21,425 nt of DNA, from the IMG/VR virus record IMGVR_UViG_2802429219_000008; one strand, given 5' to 3'. Positions within the stretch are counted from its first letter, which is position 1, and every line of letters begins with the position of its first letter. Shown here in pieces: positions 1 to 6,682 of the stretch. Origin of the DNA: a virus (Duplodnaviria > Heunggongvirae > Uroviricota > Caudoviricetes). A program made the position numbers and the translations under genes. Below the pieces are notes generated by a model. That model saw nothing but the letters and a program-made list of their open reading frames with translations, had not been told where the DNA came from and made no database searches.

Positions 1-93
1 GACTGGTTGCGCGAAGTGATCGTGAAGCTTAATGACTGGCCGTCAAACCGTGTGCATGAACTGCTGCCCTGGAACTGCTCAACTGTAAAATAA
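1..93 (+). CDS. 3' end of an unidentified gene entering from upstream of the window (partial)
   Basis: Frame 1 is open from base 1 to TAA at 91-93 (...DWLREVIVKLNDWPSNRVHELLPWNCSTVK*). Convergent with the 97..327 gene. No family recognised. Absent from the ORF track because there is no start in the window. Confidence 0.2.
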   Translation, partial: DWLREVIVKLNDWPSNRVHELLPWNCSTVK

Positions 94-96
94 TCC

Positions 97-327
97 TTAC
101 GCTACGTACTTCTCGGGGCGCTTACGTTGCATGCAGGAATATTCACCGGAAAGAGGCCAGTCAGCGAATATCTGGTGAAATCGCCTCACCAGAGAAAAAA
201 TGGCGGTTTTGCTGACACCAGTCTGCGCAGAAATGCGCGGGTACGACAGTGACTCGTCAAATCTCAGCTGTAGCACACGCAGGATCAATTCCGGATTATC
301 TGCCAGTACCGCCTTTCGTGCATTCAT
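97..327 (-). CDS. small helix-turn-helix protein (76 aa), function unknown; possibly a truncated regulator
   Basis: ORF track 97..327(-). AAGGA Shine-Dalgarno 8 nt upstream of ATG (aaaaggacatttaagATG). Residues ~14-50 (PELILRVLQL...ISAQTGVSKTAIFSLVRRF) look like a TetR-type N-terminal HTH, but the protein stops at 76 aa. Confidence 0.4.
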   Translation of the reverse strand: MNARKAVLADNPELILRVLQLRFDESLSYPRISAQTGVSKTAIFSLVRRFHQIFADWPLSGEYSCMQRKRPEKYVA

Positions 328-395
328 CTTAAATGTCCTTTTACTGCGAAAATGGACATTAGTATCGGAAACAGGAAAGGGAGGCGAAAGACGGT

Positions 396-785
396 TTAAA
401 TGATGCGCTTACGATTTTTTTCACCGATTATGCTCAGGATATTTTTGATGACGGCACGGTATGTGTTGAGTGATGTTTTGGCGACTTCAGTTTCTTTCAG
501 TGCCAGAAATTTTTCAGCCAGTTCTTTTATGGTTAAATCTTGTCGGGCCTCACCAAATTTTTCCAGATTGCGTGAGGAGGGAAACTGTTTTGCATAGTCG
601 AAAACACCAGTTTTTATTGCGTAACAAACAGAGGAGCGTAGTTCACCTGCAACGCGCCTGTTTTTTGCTGTGTCAGGAACCCCCAGATTTTCCCTGACTC
701 TTACGCCTTTATAAACAAACCAGATACGTAATTTCCCTCCATGGTTTTCCACGCCTGTCGGATATTTCATTTCAACTTCTCTCAT
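396..785 (-). pseudogene. tyrosine integrase, N-terminal fragment only (129 codons; arm-binding region, no catalytic domain)
   Basis: ORF track 396..785(-): MKYPTGVENHGGKLRIWFVYKGVRVRENLG... is a typical N-terminus of lambdoid/P4-type integrases. TAA at 396-398; the downstream frames contain no R..HxxR..Y catalytic domain. Sits directly downstream of xis as expected for int. Confidence 0.6.
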
Positions 786-804
786 TAGTTAGTGTGGCTT
801 TTAG

Positions 805-1056
805 TCAAGTAAGATGACGTCTTGGTCTCGCTGATGCCTGGCGCTCAATCCAGCGATCAATTTCTTCCAGGTTGTAAAAGCATGGACTGTTATCCCATGG
901 CATACCGTCATGAGCGACATGCTTATATTCCCTTCCTTCCATAAACGATTTTTCCCGGGCCTTTTTTAACGTACCTTTTTTTATTCCTTTCAGCGCAATT
1001 AACTGCTCTTCGGATACCCATTTGCCGGGAGAGACAATCATGATTACTTCGCTCAT
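805..1056 (-). CDS. excisionase-like protein (DUF1233-type Xis)
   Basis: ORF track 805..1056(-), 83 aa. Small protein immediately upstream of int on the same strand. The REYKHVAHDGMPWDNSPCFYNLEEIDRWIE segment resembles the putative-excisionase family. Start could instead be the ATG at 1039-1041. Confidence 0.55.
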   Translation of the reverse strand: MSEVIMIVSPGKWVSEEQLIALKGIKKGTLKKAREKSFMEGREYKHVAHDGMPWDNSPCFYNLEEIDRWIERQASARPRRHLT

Positions 1057-1128
1057 CGATTTCTTTATCTCTTACATCAGACGAGCGCCGGTTGCAGAAT
1101 ACCAGTCACAACCGGCGACAGTTGAACA

Positions 1129-3600
1129 TTAAGAATCAGCCTGACTCGGGATCAGTTTTTGCCAGATAACTGAAACGTATTTTGCCTGGTAACGGGCGTC
1201 ATCAAGTGCATTATGGCGCTCACCTTCGAATGGAATAGCCGTTCTGGCATCGAAGTCTATGGCTTTCCCCAGCTCAACGATTGTGCGTACATCGCGATCG
1301 TTGTAGTAACGCCACGGGCAGGGGATCCCCTGCCGTTCGTATGAACGGCGCAAAATCGTGTTGTCGAAGTTGGCTCCATTTCCCCAAACCTGAACAAAAA
1401 ATTCACCGGAGTTTTCGTCGATAAATTCCCGCAATTGTAACAGTGCATCATCTAACGGGATTTCATCGGTCATAATGGCAGATTGCGCTTCGCGTGATTG
1501 CTTAAGCCACCATTTAATGGTGTCCCGATCAATGACTCCGCCAGCAGTTTCCAGATCGATAGTCTTACTAAATTCCGGTCCCATATCTCCGGTTTGCGGA
1601 TCGAAAAATATTGCACCTATTGAGATGATCGGGGCATCAGGATTTTTTCCCATGGTTTCAAGGTCGATCATTAGATGGTCACACGTCCTGCTGGTGGATG
1701 TGATTTCGTGATGACCGTTCACCTTAATTGGGTGATCTGCCGTCTCGCCAGTTTCATTATCGCTATTGTGATGCTGATTGCCGCCAGTGTTCTCCTTGTG
1801 TGGATGTTCAGCGCCTTCCATTTCCTCCGGATCATCTTCCTGAACTTCAACCTGATACTCTTCATCGAATGTTTCTTGGTATGTTGCGTCGCCCATCACC
1901 GCGCCACAATCAGGGCAGTTGCCGCCGCCGGTCTGACCGCAGGCGGTGCAGGCTTTTTCCACTTCCTGTTGCGCCACTGGTTCAGGCTGTTTCGTTTCTG
2001 GCTCGTTTTGTAACGCATTTGGACTGTTTTGTTCCGCTTTTTGGTAGTTCCGTTCCGATTCATGCTGGTTCTGGTTCACAGAATCGCGGGTCTGGATCCC
2101 CTTAACCCATTTCGGATCATTCGGGTCACTAATCCCTTCAACAAATTCACCACGTGATGCAGCAAGCAACTTATCGGCGTCAGGCTGGCTGATATTGGCT
2201 GTCTGCATAATTTTGTTTACTTCGTCAGCGGTAACTTTTATCGGCTCTGGTTGTTCTGAATCTTCAGCGGTATCTACATTTTGCGGTAAGCCCGTGTATG
2301 TGCCATTTTTTCGGGCAAAATATTCTTCTTTTGTGATTTCAGTGGCGCCAGCAGCCAGTGCCTTATCCAGACCAGAAAGTTTGTTTGCGCGACCGTATTT
2401 TTCTCCGTCCTTATCTGCGAAGAGGAAATAGAACGGCCCCTCACGCTCTACAGATGGTTCAGCTTCCGGCGCGGTTTCATTTTTTGGGATATCAGATACC
2501 TCAGTTTCCACTGCATCAGTTTGTGTTTCTGATGACTGGAGAACATCAACAGTGCCCAGGTCTGTTTCTTCATTCTCAAACACGCCCTTTGTCGTCAGGT
2601 ATTCGCAGATATATTTGTTCAGTGCTACGGGATCTTTGTGAATGTCGATCGGACGCTCACGGACAAGGCCAAAAATAGTTTGGCGGTCGTAGCGAAGGGC
2701 ATCAGGCTGTTTGCGCATTGATGCCGAGATACGCTTCCAGTCTTCGCGGTCGTTGTCGATAACTTCTTTTTTTGCCCAGCGATGGATGCTGCCGTCAATG
2801 TTTCCGGCATCCACATCACCAGGCCAGAGAGCGTAGGCCAGTTCGTCATCCAGTGTTTTCCATGTCTGCTTGTATTCGCGATGAATGGCAGCAATGACCG
2901 GGCTGATTTTTCCTGTTGAATTTTCAGTGTACTGTTGATTGGCTCTGGCGCGGGCGAGATCAGCAACAGACGTGTATTTTCCGGTTTCCTTGCGTTCACC
3001 TTCGCGACGTTTTTTCCAGATGCGCATCTCTGCCTGAATTTCGGGCCATTTAGCACCAGGAATACATTTATGCTTAACCCACCCAATGGCGTGCAACTTA
3101 AGCTCCGGATACATGGCGTTAACTTCTGGCATTTTCATCAACGCTTCAACGATATGTCCGTCGAATGTTGCCATGTCTTCCTGCAACAATTCCTGTGCGC
3201 TAATAACCATATCAACGGTGATGTTTTCACATGTGTCGAACTTAACCATGACAGCGTTCTGTACTTCAGGGGCCAGCTTGTCAAAAGTGACGTTCATCGG
3301 ATCGGATTCAGTCTCAACCGGGACAAAAGAAGCAGACTCCTCATCCCAGCGGTTTTCCTGCATATATTCAGCATCCCATGAATCGAGGGCAGGGCGGGGT
3401 ATGCCAGGTTTATCCTCGCAGACAATAAATTTATAAGCGCAGTCCTGAGCAGCCGGATAATGTTCCAGGAATTGCCAGTGAAATTTTGCTCGAGCACGGC
3501 GTTCGTCGCCAGCTTCAATGGCTGTGGCTACAGCCACAGCGCCTTCTTCCCTTGTTGCCAGTTCGTCAGGAATAGCGGCGCAAATAAAGACTTTACTCAT
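1129..3600 (-). CDS. RecE-like exodeoxyribonuclease VIII-type protein with C-terminal DnaQ/DEDDh 3'-5' exonuclease domain (ydfE-like)
   Basis: ORF track 1129..3600(-), 823 aa. GAGG Shine-Dalgarno upstream of ATG at 3600. Central acidic/Pro/Gln-rich low-complexity linker. Motif DKLLAASRGEFVEGISDPNDPKWVKGIQTRD as I recall it from RecE. C-terminal domain has Exo I (MIDLETMG), Exo II (VWGNGANFD) and Exo III (ERHNALDDARY) motifs. Confidence 0.85.
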   Translation of the reverse strand: MSKVFICAAIPDELATREEGAVAVATAIEAGDERRARAKFHWQFLEHYPAAQDCAYKFIVCEDKPGIPRPALDSWDAEYMQENRWDEESASFVPVETESDPMNVTFDKLAPEVQNAVMVKFDTCENITVDMVISAQELLQEDMATFDGHIVEALMKMPEVNAMYPELKLHAIGWVKHKCIPGAKWPEIQAEMRIWKKRREGERKETGKYTSVADLARARANQQYTENSTGKISPVIAAIHREYKQTWKTLDDELAYALWPGDVDAGNIDGSIHRWAKKEVIDNDREDWKRISASMRKQPDALRYDRQTIFGLVRERPIDIHKDPVALNKYICEYLTTKGVFENEETDLGTVDVLQSSETQTDAVETEVSDIPKNETAPEAEPSVEREGPFYFLFADKDGEKYGRANKLSGLDKALAAGATEITKEEYFARKNGTYTGLPQNVDTAEDSEQPEPIKVTADEVNKIMQTANISQPDADKLLAASRGEFVEGISDPNDPKWVKGIQTRDSVNQNQHESERNYQKAEQNSPNALQNEPETKQPEPVAQQEVEKACTACGQTGGGNCPDCGAVMGDATYQETFDEEYQVEVQEDDPEEMEGAEHPHKENTGGNQHHNSDNETGETADHPIKVNGHHEITSTSRTCDHLMIDLETMGKNPDAPIISIGAIFFDPQTGDMGPEFSKTIDLETAGGVIDRDTIKWWLKQSREAQSAIMTDEIPLDDALLQLREFIDENSGEFFVQVWGNGANFDNTILRRSYERQGIPCPWRYYNDRDVRTIVELGKAIDFDARTAIPFEGERHNALDDARYQAKYVSVIWQKLIPSQADS

Positions 3601-3693
3601 TTTGTTTTAACCTCATGACAGATTTAAGGATGAACAAATCCCTGCCATTGCTGGCATATAAGAATGAAACCGGATATTTATTACGGAACTGTT

Positions 3694-3885
3694 TTAAAGA
3701 CCTGCCGGGATTTTGATATTATCCTGGTGAATAACTTTATCGACCGGGTAACAGTTACCGGGAATTTTCTGTTCGGTTGCTGCAGTCATACACTCCTGCA
3801 TTGTCCTGTGAACACTGACTGCAATATTAACTGGCACTCCGGAAACAAGAAAAACTGTCAGAACAAGCGCAAATGCTGAATTCAT
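3694..3885 (-). CDS. ydfD: YdfD-like small lysis/membrane protein (63 aa)
   Basis: Internal ATG of ORF 3694..3939(-) gives MNSAFALVLTVFLVSGVPVNIAVSVHRTMQECMTAATEQKIPGNCYPVDKVIHQDNIKIPAGL. Its ATG (3883-3885) overlaps the dicB stop (3882-3884) in an ATGA junction, implying translational coupling. Confidence 0.7.
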   Translation of the reverse strand: MNSAFALVLTVFLVSGVPVNIAVSVHRTMQECMTAATEQKIPGNCYPVDKVIHQDNIKIPAGL

Positions 3886-4070
3886 TGTGCACATCCTTTT
3901 GGCATCAGACGTAAACGAGCCAGCATTGAAACAATGCATATTTTATTTAATAGCTCCCGTTCTTGTTTTCTCTTGTTAATGGCATCTTCAGTAAATACAG
4001 GGTTACTGATAGTGACACCAATTTCAAAACAACCTTCAGACGTATTAACGTTTGGTAATAACGTTTTCAT
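3882..4070 (-). CDS. dicB: cell-division inhibitor DicB (62 aa)
   Basis: Internal ATG (4068-4070) of ORF 3882..4175(-) gives MKTLLPNVNTSEGCFEIGVTISNPVFTEDAINKRKQERELLNKICIVSMLARLRLMPKGCAQ, matching DicB as I recall it. GAGGA Shine-Dalgarno 9 nt upstream. Confidence 0.85.
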   Translation of the reverse strand: MKTLLPNVNTSEGCFEIGVTISNPVFTEDAINKRKQERELLNKICIVSMLARLRLMPKGCAQ

Positions 4071-4240
4071 TATCGCGTCCTCAACAATGAATTTTGTGAT
4101 GCAGTGCCTGGTGCCTCCAGGTGACGTTAACCAGTTAACAATTAACGTCGGATACAGAGAATCCACCCATAACACTGTTTTTGGTTTTAACTGTTCCGCG
4201 TGCGCTTAGCCGCATTCACCGCATCACAAAATTCACTTTA

Positions 4241-4297
4241 AAAACGGCGGCAGAGCAGTCACGGAGTAAAACTGATACCGCCAAACGTCACCAGAAA
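4241..4297 (-). ncRNA. dicF: DicF small regulatory RNA (ftsZ-targeting sRNA) with intrinsic terminator
   Basis: Minus strand reads TTTCTGGTGACGTTTGGCGGTATCAGTTTTACTCCGTGACTGCTCTGCCGCC followed by GTTTTTAAA: the DicF sequence as I recall it, ending in a GC-rich hairpin (GGCGG...CCGCC) plus U-run. Located between the ydfABC-like genes and dicB as in Qin. Confidence 0.75.
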
Positions 4298-4556
4298 ATT
4301 GATAACAGAGGGCGTTGCAGCGGGGTTGTCACTTAAGCGTATGGTCAACCTGACAACTCGGTGTCCTCAACGGGGAAGGAATAACCCCGCCATACTTACC
4401 GCCGCGCCATTTTGCGGGTTGCCACAACCGGAAGCGCACGGTCGAATTAAATTTAACGACACCGTACAGTGAGACGAACTTCGCCGTGCGCTTTCGTGTT
4501 GTGTGCCTGCTTTTAACCACGTCAGGCGAGGTGGTATCCTTAAAATCACCACAGTT

Positions 4557-5132
4557 TTAAGGATTCATTAAGCAATGTCGCAACCACCAATAAATCCGCT
4601 TAAGAACATGAAAATTGATTACTGGTATAAAGCGCTTACAGTTGTTGGCGCTGCGTTGTTTGTCTTTAATGGAACGTCTTTTTTTGACAGATATCCCGTT
4701 GTTCCATTGGGTTTTTTGTCCTCCGGCATCTTTTTTATTGGTTTGGGGGAGTGGATTAATCACCCTCTCAAAGTGAGATTTATTGGTCCTGGAGTTTGGA
4801 CTCGTGGATATAATCGTTCTTCGTGCGCACTCGGTATCATCTTCGACATACTTGGTTGTTTCCTGATTGTTACAGGAGTCGTCAAGTTCTTCTGATGTAA
4901 AACCGCAAATGGGGCACGTAACGGGAATTTTGAAAAGCGTTTCTCCGGGTTCCAGAACAAAATTTTCTGCGGTCTGATTTTGCTTCTCATATTTGTGCTC
5001 CGCGTCATTGTGAGAGCACATTCTTATTCTGAGTGCCTGTTTAAACTCACTGAAGCTGAGAGCTTCTTCGCCTTCGGCAAGGCCTTCGAAGTATTCTTCG
5101 TAAGCCTTTTCCATGATTGTGTCGAAATCCAT
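4557..5132 (-). CDS. ydfB/ydfC-like protein (start 1 nt after ydfA stop); C-terminal extent uncertain
   Basis: Internal ATG (5130-5132) of ORF 4557..5174(-). The first ~85 residues (MDFDTIMEKAYEEYFEGLAEGEEALSFSEFKQAL...CPICGF...) are acidic and protein-like. The last ~110 residues are K/N/R-rich low complexity and exactly antisense to + ORF 4575..4895, so the true stop may differ. Confidence 0.4.
   Translation of the reverse strand: MDFDTIMEKAYEEYFEGLAEGEEALSFSEFKQALRIRMCSHNDAEHKYEKQNQTAENFVLEPGETLFKIPVTCPICGFTSEELDDSCNNQETTKYVEDDTECARRTIISTSPNSRTNKSHFERVINPLPQTNKKDAGGQKTQWNNGISVKKRRSIKDKQRSANNCKRFIPVINFHVLKRIYWWLRHCLMNP
4575..4895 (+). CDS. candidate 3-helix small membrane protein (106 aa), antisense to the ydfB/C-like ORF; alternative to the tail of 4557..5132
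   Basis: ORF track 4575..4895(+). AAGGA 11 nt upstream of ATG. Three ~19-residue hydrophobic segments separated by Pro/Gly/charged loops. Mutually exclusive with the C-terminal half of the minus ORF. Confidence 0.3.
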   Translation: MSQPPINPLKNMKIDYWYKALTVVGAALFVFNGTSFFDRYPVVPLGFLSSGIFFIGLGEWINHPLKVRFIGPGVWTRGYNRSSCALGIIFDILGCFLIVTGVVKFF

Positions 5133-5133
5133 A

Positions 5134-5289
5134 TCACTCACCTGAGTTTCTTTCCAGCCAGCGACGGGCACCATTTTCGGTTTTAAACGTTTTGCTTTTG
5201 GTATACGTCATCGCGGTGAACGTGCCGTCCTGGTTGGGGAACACGCCACATACCAGAGATTCGCTGTTGCCAAGATCGATAGTATCCAT
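5134..5289 (-). CDS. ydfA: YdfA-like protein (51 aa, DUF1391-type)
   Basis: Internal ATG (5287-5289) of ORF 5134..5367(-) gives MDTIDLGNSESLVCGVFPNQDGTFTAMTYTKSKTFKTENGARRWLERNSGE. GAGG Shine-Dalgarno upstream. First gene downstream of dicA on the same strand. Confidence 0.8.
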   Translation of the reverse strand: MDTIDLGNSESLVCGVFPNQDGTFTAMTYTKSKTFKTENGARRWLERNSGE

Positions 5290-5455
5290 GCTGACCTCAT
5301 TTCCCCTTAACGCCGGGGTAGCGGAACTGTTTGCTGAGAACACCGTGCGGTGTCTTGATGCAAACAAGATTAGCTATGACTAACATATTGGTCAAGTGAT
5401 TTTGTATGTTATGACTAACATAATTAATGTAGTAAAAGATAACTCATTGATGATG
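5290..5455. promoter_or_regulatory. promoter/operator region of the dicB (ydfA-dicF-dicB) operon with repeated TATGACTAACAT motifs
   Basis: Two copies of tatgactaacat at 5375-5386 and 5410-5421 (second embedded in the palindrome atgttatgactaacat); a related ttatggctaacaat lies in the dicA/dicC intergenic region. Position matches the DicA-repressed dicB promoter. Confidence 0.45.
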
Positions 5456-5863
5456 TTATCTTTTATTTGTCCGCTGACGGGCTTTTAGTAATTCTTCAAA
5501 GAGTTTATTGAAGTTTTTTACTCGAGCTCGCATTTCGGCGAGCTGGGTATCCTGTTCTGATTCTGGCAGTGCATTAAACAGCTCAAGGAGCTCTAGTTCT
5601 TTGGGAGATAAGGCAACTGGCTTCTCAACAGGTGGTGTTGGTTGCTTGTCTTCATCGCCAAATAGAATCCATGTTGGTGAGCATTGCAATACTTTGCTGA
5701 GGGCAAAAAGGTTCTTCCCTGTAGGTTCACTATCATCCCGTTCCCATTGTGATACAGACACATGGGAGATTTTCAGGGCTTTAGCAAGAGACCTTTGGGT
5801 GTGTTTGAGGTTTTTCCGACGATACCTAATGCGTTCGCCGATAGTTAAATTTTTTGTATCCAT
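5456..5863 (-). CDS. dicA: repressor DicA (cI/c2-like HTH_XRE repressor, 135 aa)
   Basis: ORF track 5456..5863(-): MDTKNLTIGERIRYRRKNLKHTQRSLAKALKISHVSVSQWERDDSEPTGKNLFALSKVLQCSPTWILFGDEDKQ..., recognised as DicA. Divergent from the cro-like dicC. Confidence 0.9.
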   Translation of the reverse strand: MDTKNLTIGERIRYRRKNLKHTQRSLAKALKISHVSVSQWERDDSEPTGKNLFALSKVLQCSPTWILFGDEDKQPTPPVEKPVALSPKELELLELFNALPESEQDTQLAEMRARVKNFNKLFEELLKARQRTNKR

Positions 5864-5946
5864 AGTTAGCTAATGCTAAATCGTATTGACTATGTTTTTG
5901 TTAACATCTATTTTGTTAGTTATGGCTAACAATCAAGGTGTTTTAA
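5864..5946. promoter_or_regulatory. divergent dicA/dicC promoter-operator region
   Basis: Palindrome TTAGCTAA next to the dicA ATG. Candidate sigma70 promoter for dicC: TTGACT (5886-5891), 17 nt spacer, TATTTT (5909-5914). Operator-like ttatggctaacaat at 5920-5933. Confidence 0.55.
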
Positions 5947-6177
5947 ATGCTTAAAACTGACGCTCTTTTGTATTTCGGTTCAAAAACAAAACTTGCACAA
6001 GCAGCTGGTATTCGTTTGGCTTCGCTTTATAGCTGGAAAGGGGATTTAGTTCCCGAAGGTCGCGCGATGCGTCTACAGGAGGCATCTGGCGGGGAGCTTC
6101 AGTATGACCCCAAAGTTTATGACGAATATCGTAAGACGAAGCGGGCGGGGCGGTTGAACAATGAAAATCACTCCTGA
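5947..6177 (+). CDS. dicC: Cro-like regulator DicC (76 aa)
   Basis: ORF track 5947..6177(+): MLKTDALLYFGSKTKLAQAAGIRLASLYSWKGDLVPEGRAMRLQEASGGELQYDPKVYDEYRKTKRAGRLNNENHS, recognised as DicC. AAGGTG Shine-Dalgarno. Confidence 0.9.
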   Translation: MLKTDALLYFGSKTKLAQAAGIRLASLYSWKGDLVPEGRAMRLQEASGGELQYDPKVYDEYRKTKRAGRLNNENHS

Positions 6178-6682
6178 ACAGGCTCGTGAGGCTCTGGATG
6201 CCTGGATATGTCGACCAGGAATGACACAGGAGCAGGCGACGATATTAATCACTGAAGCATTCTGGGCTTTGAAAGAGCGCCCGAACATCGATGTTAAGCG
6301 TGTCACAGATGAAGGTGGCGCGGTTGATCAGCGAGCGCTTGGCGTTAATCGAGTGAAGATATTCGAACGCTGGAAGGCTATCGACACTAGGGATAAGCGT
6401 GAAAAGTTCATGGCGCTAGTGCCTGCAATTATGGAGGCTATCCGGATTAATGATTTCAGGTTATATCGTGAAATTAGTGACGGAAAAAGCATCACGTATA
6501 TGATCGCCGGGTTAAACAAAGAATATGGCGATGTGGTGGAGTCCGGACTGCTTTTTGCTGATCCTGCCGTAGTGGATCGTGAAACTGACGAACTTATAGA
6601 AAAAGCAATTGCTTTCAAGCTTGCGTATCGACAGCAATACCAACAAAAAGCTGGATGGAATTATGAGTCTTCTTTTTGCTGA
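6161..6682 (+). CDS. YdaT-like protein at the cII position (173 aa)
   Basis: ORF track 6161..6682(+). ATG overlaps the dicC 3' end by 17 nt. Segment FERWKAIDTRDKREKFMALVPAIMEAI resembles the YdaT family as I recall it. Position matches cII/ydaT of lambdoid prophages. Confidence 0.5.
   Translation: MKITPEQAREALDAWICRPGMTQEQATILITEAFWALKERPNIDVKRVTDEGGAVDQRALGVNRVKIFERWKAIDTRDKREKFMALVPAIMEAIRINDFRLYREISDGKSITYMIAGLNKEYGDVVESGLLFADPAVVDRETDELIEKAIAFKLAYRQQYQQKAGWNYESSFC

Noticed and set aside
200-697. + strand ORFs 200..403, 400..597, 470..697
   Set aside because: Antisense to the HTH gene and integrase fragment; junk-like sequence, no Shine-Dalgarno.
1257-3518. Ten ORFs of 64-153 aa on both strands inside the exonuclease gene (1257..1451, 1475..1711, 1675..2013, 1728..2105, 2195..2431, 2358..2678, 2625..3086, 2935..3381, 3086..3436, 3294..3518)
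   Set aside because: All lie wholly within the 823-aa gene in other frames or antisense. Their products are low-complexity (R/S/C/L-rich) and none has a convincing ribosome-binding site; treated as shadow ORFs.
3664-4209. + strand ORFs 3664..3879 and 3934..4209; the long N-terminal extensions of the ydfD and dicB ORFs
   Set aside because: Antisense shadows of ydfD/dicB. The extended minus-strand starts (3939, 4175) lack ribosome-binding sites, whereas the internal ATGs give the recognised proteins with proper coupling.
4329-4552. Minus ORFs 4329..4520 and 4367..4552
   Set aside because: Arg/Pro-rich junk-like products in the DicF precursor region; no ribosome-binding site; region better explained as structured non-coding leader.
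4760-5383. ORFs 4760..5008(-), 4980..5186(+), 5117..5383(+) and the 77-aa form of the ydfA ORF (5134..5367)
   Set aside because: Alternative-frame or antisense shadows of the ydfA and ydfB/C-like genes. The 77-aa form merely adds a leader without a Shine-Dalgarno.
5508-5873. + ORF 5508..5873 (121 aa)
   Set aside because: Antisense to dicA; Ser-rich junk.
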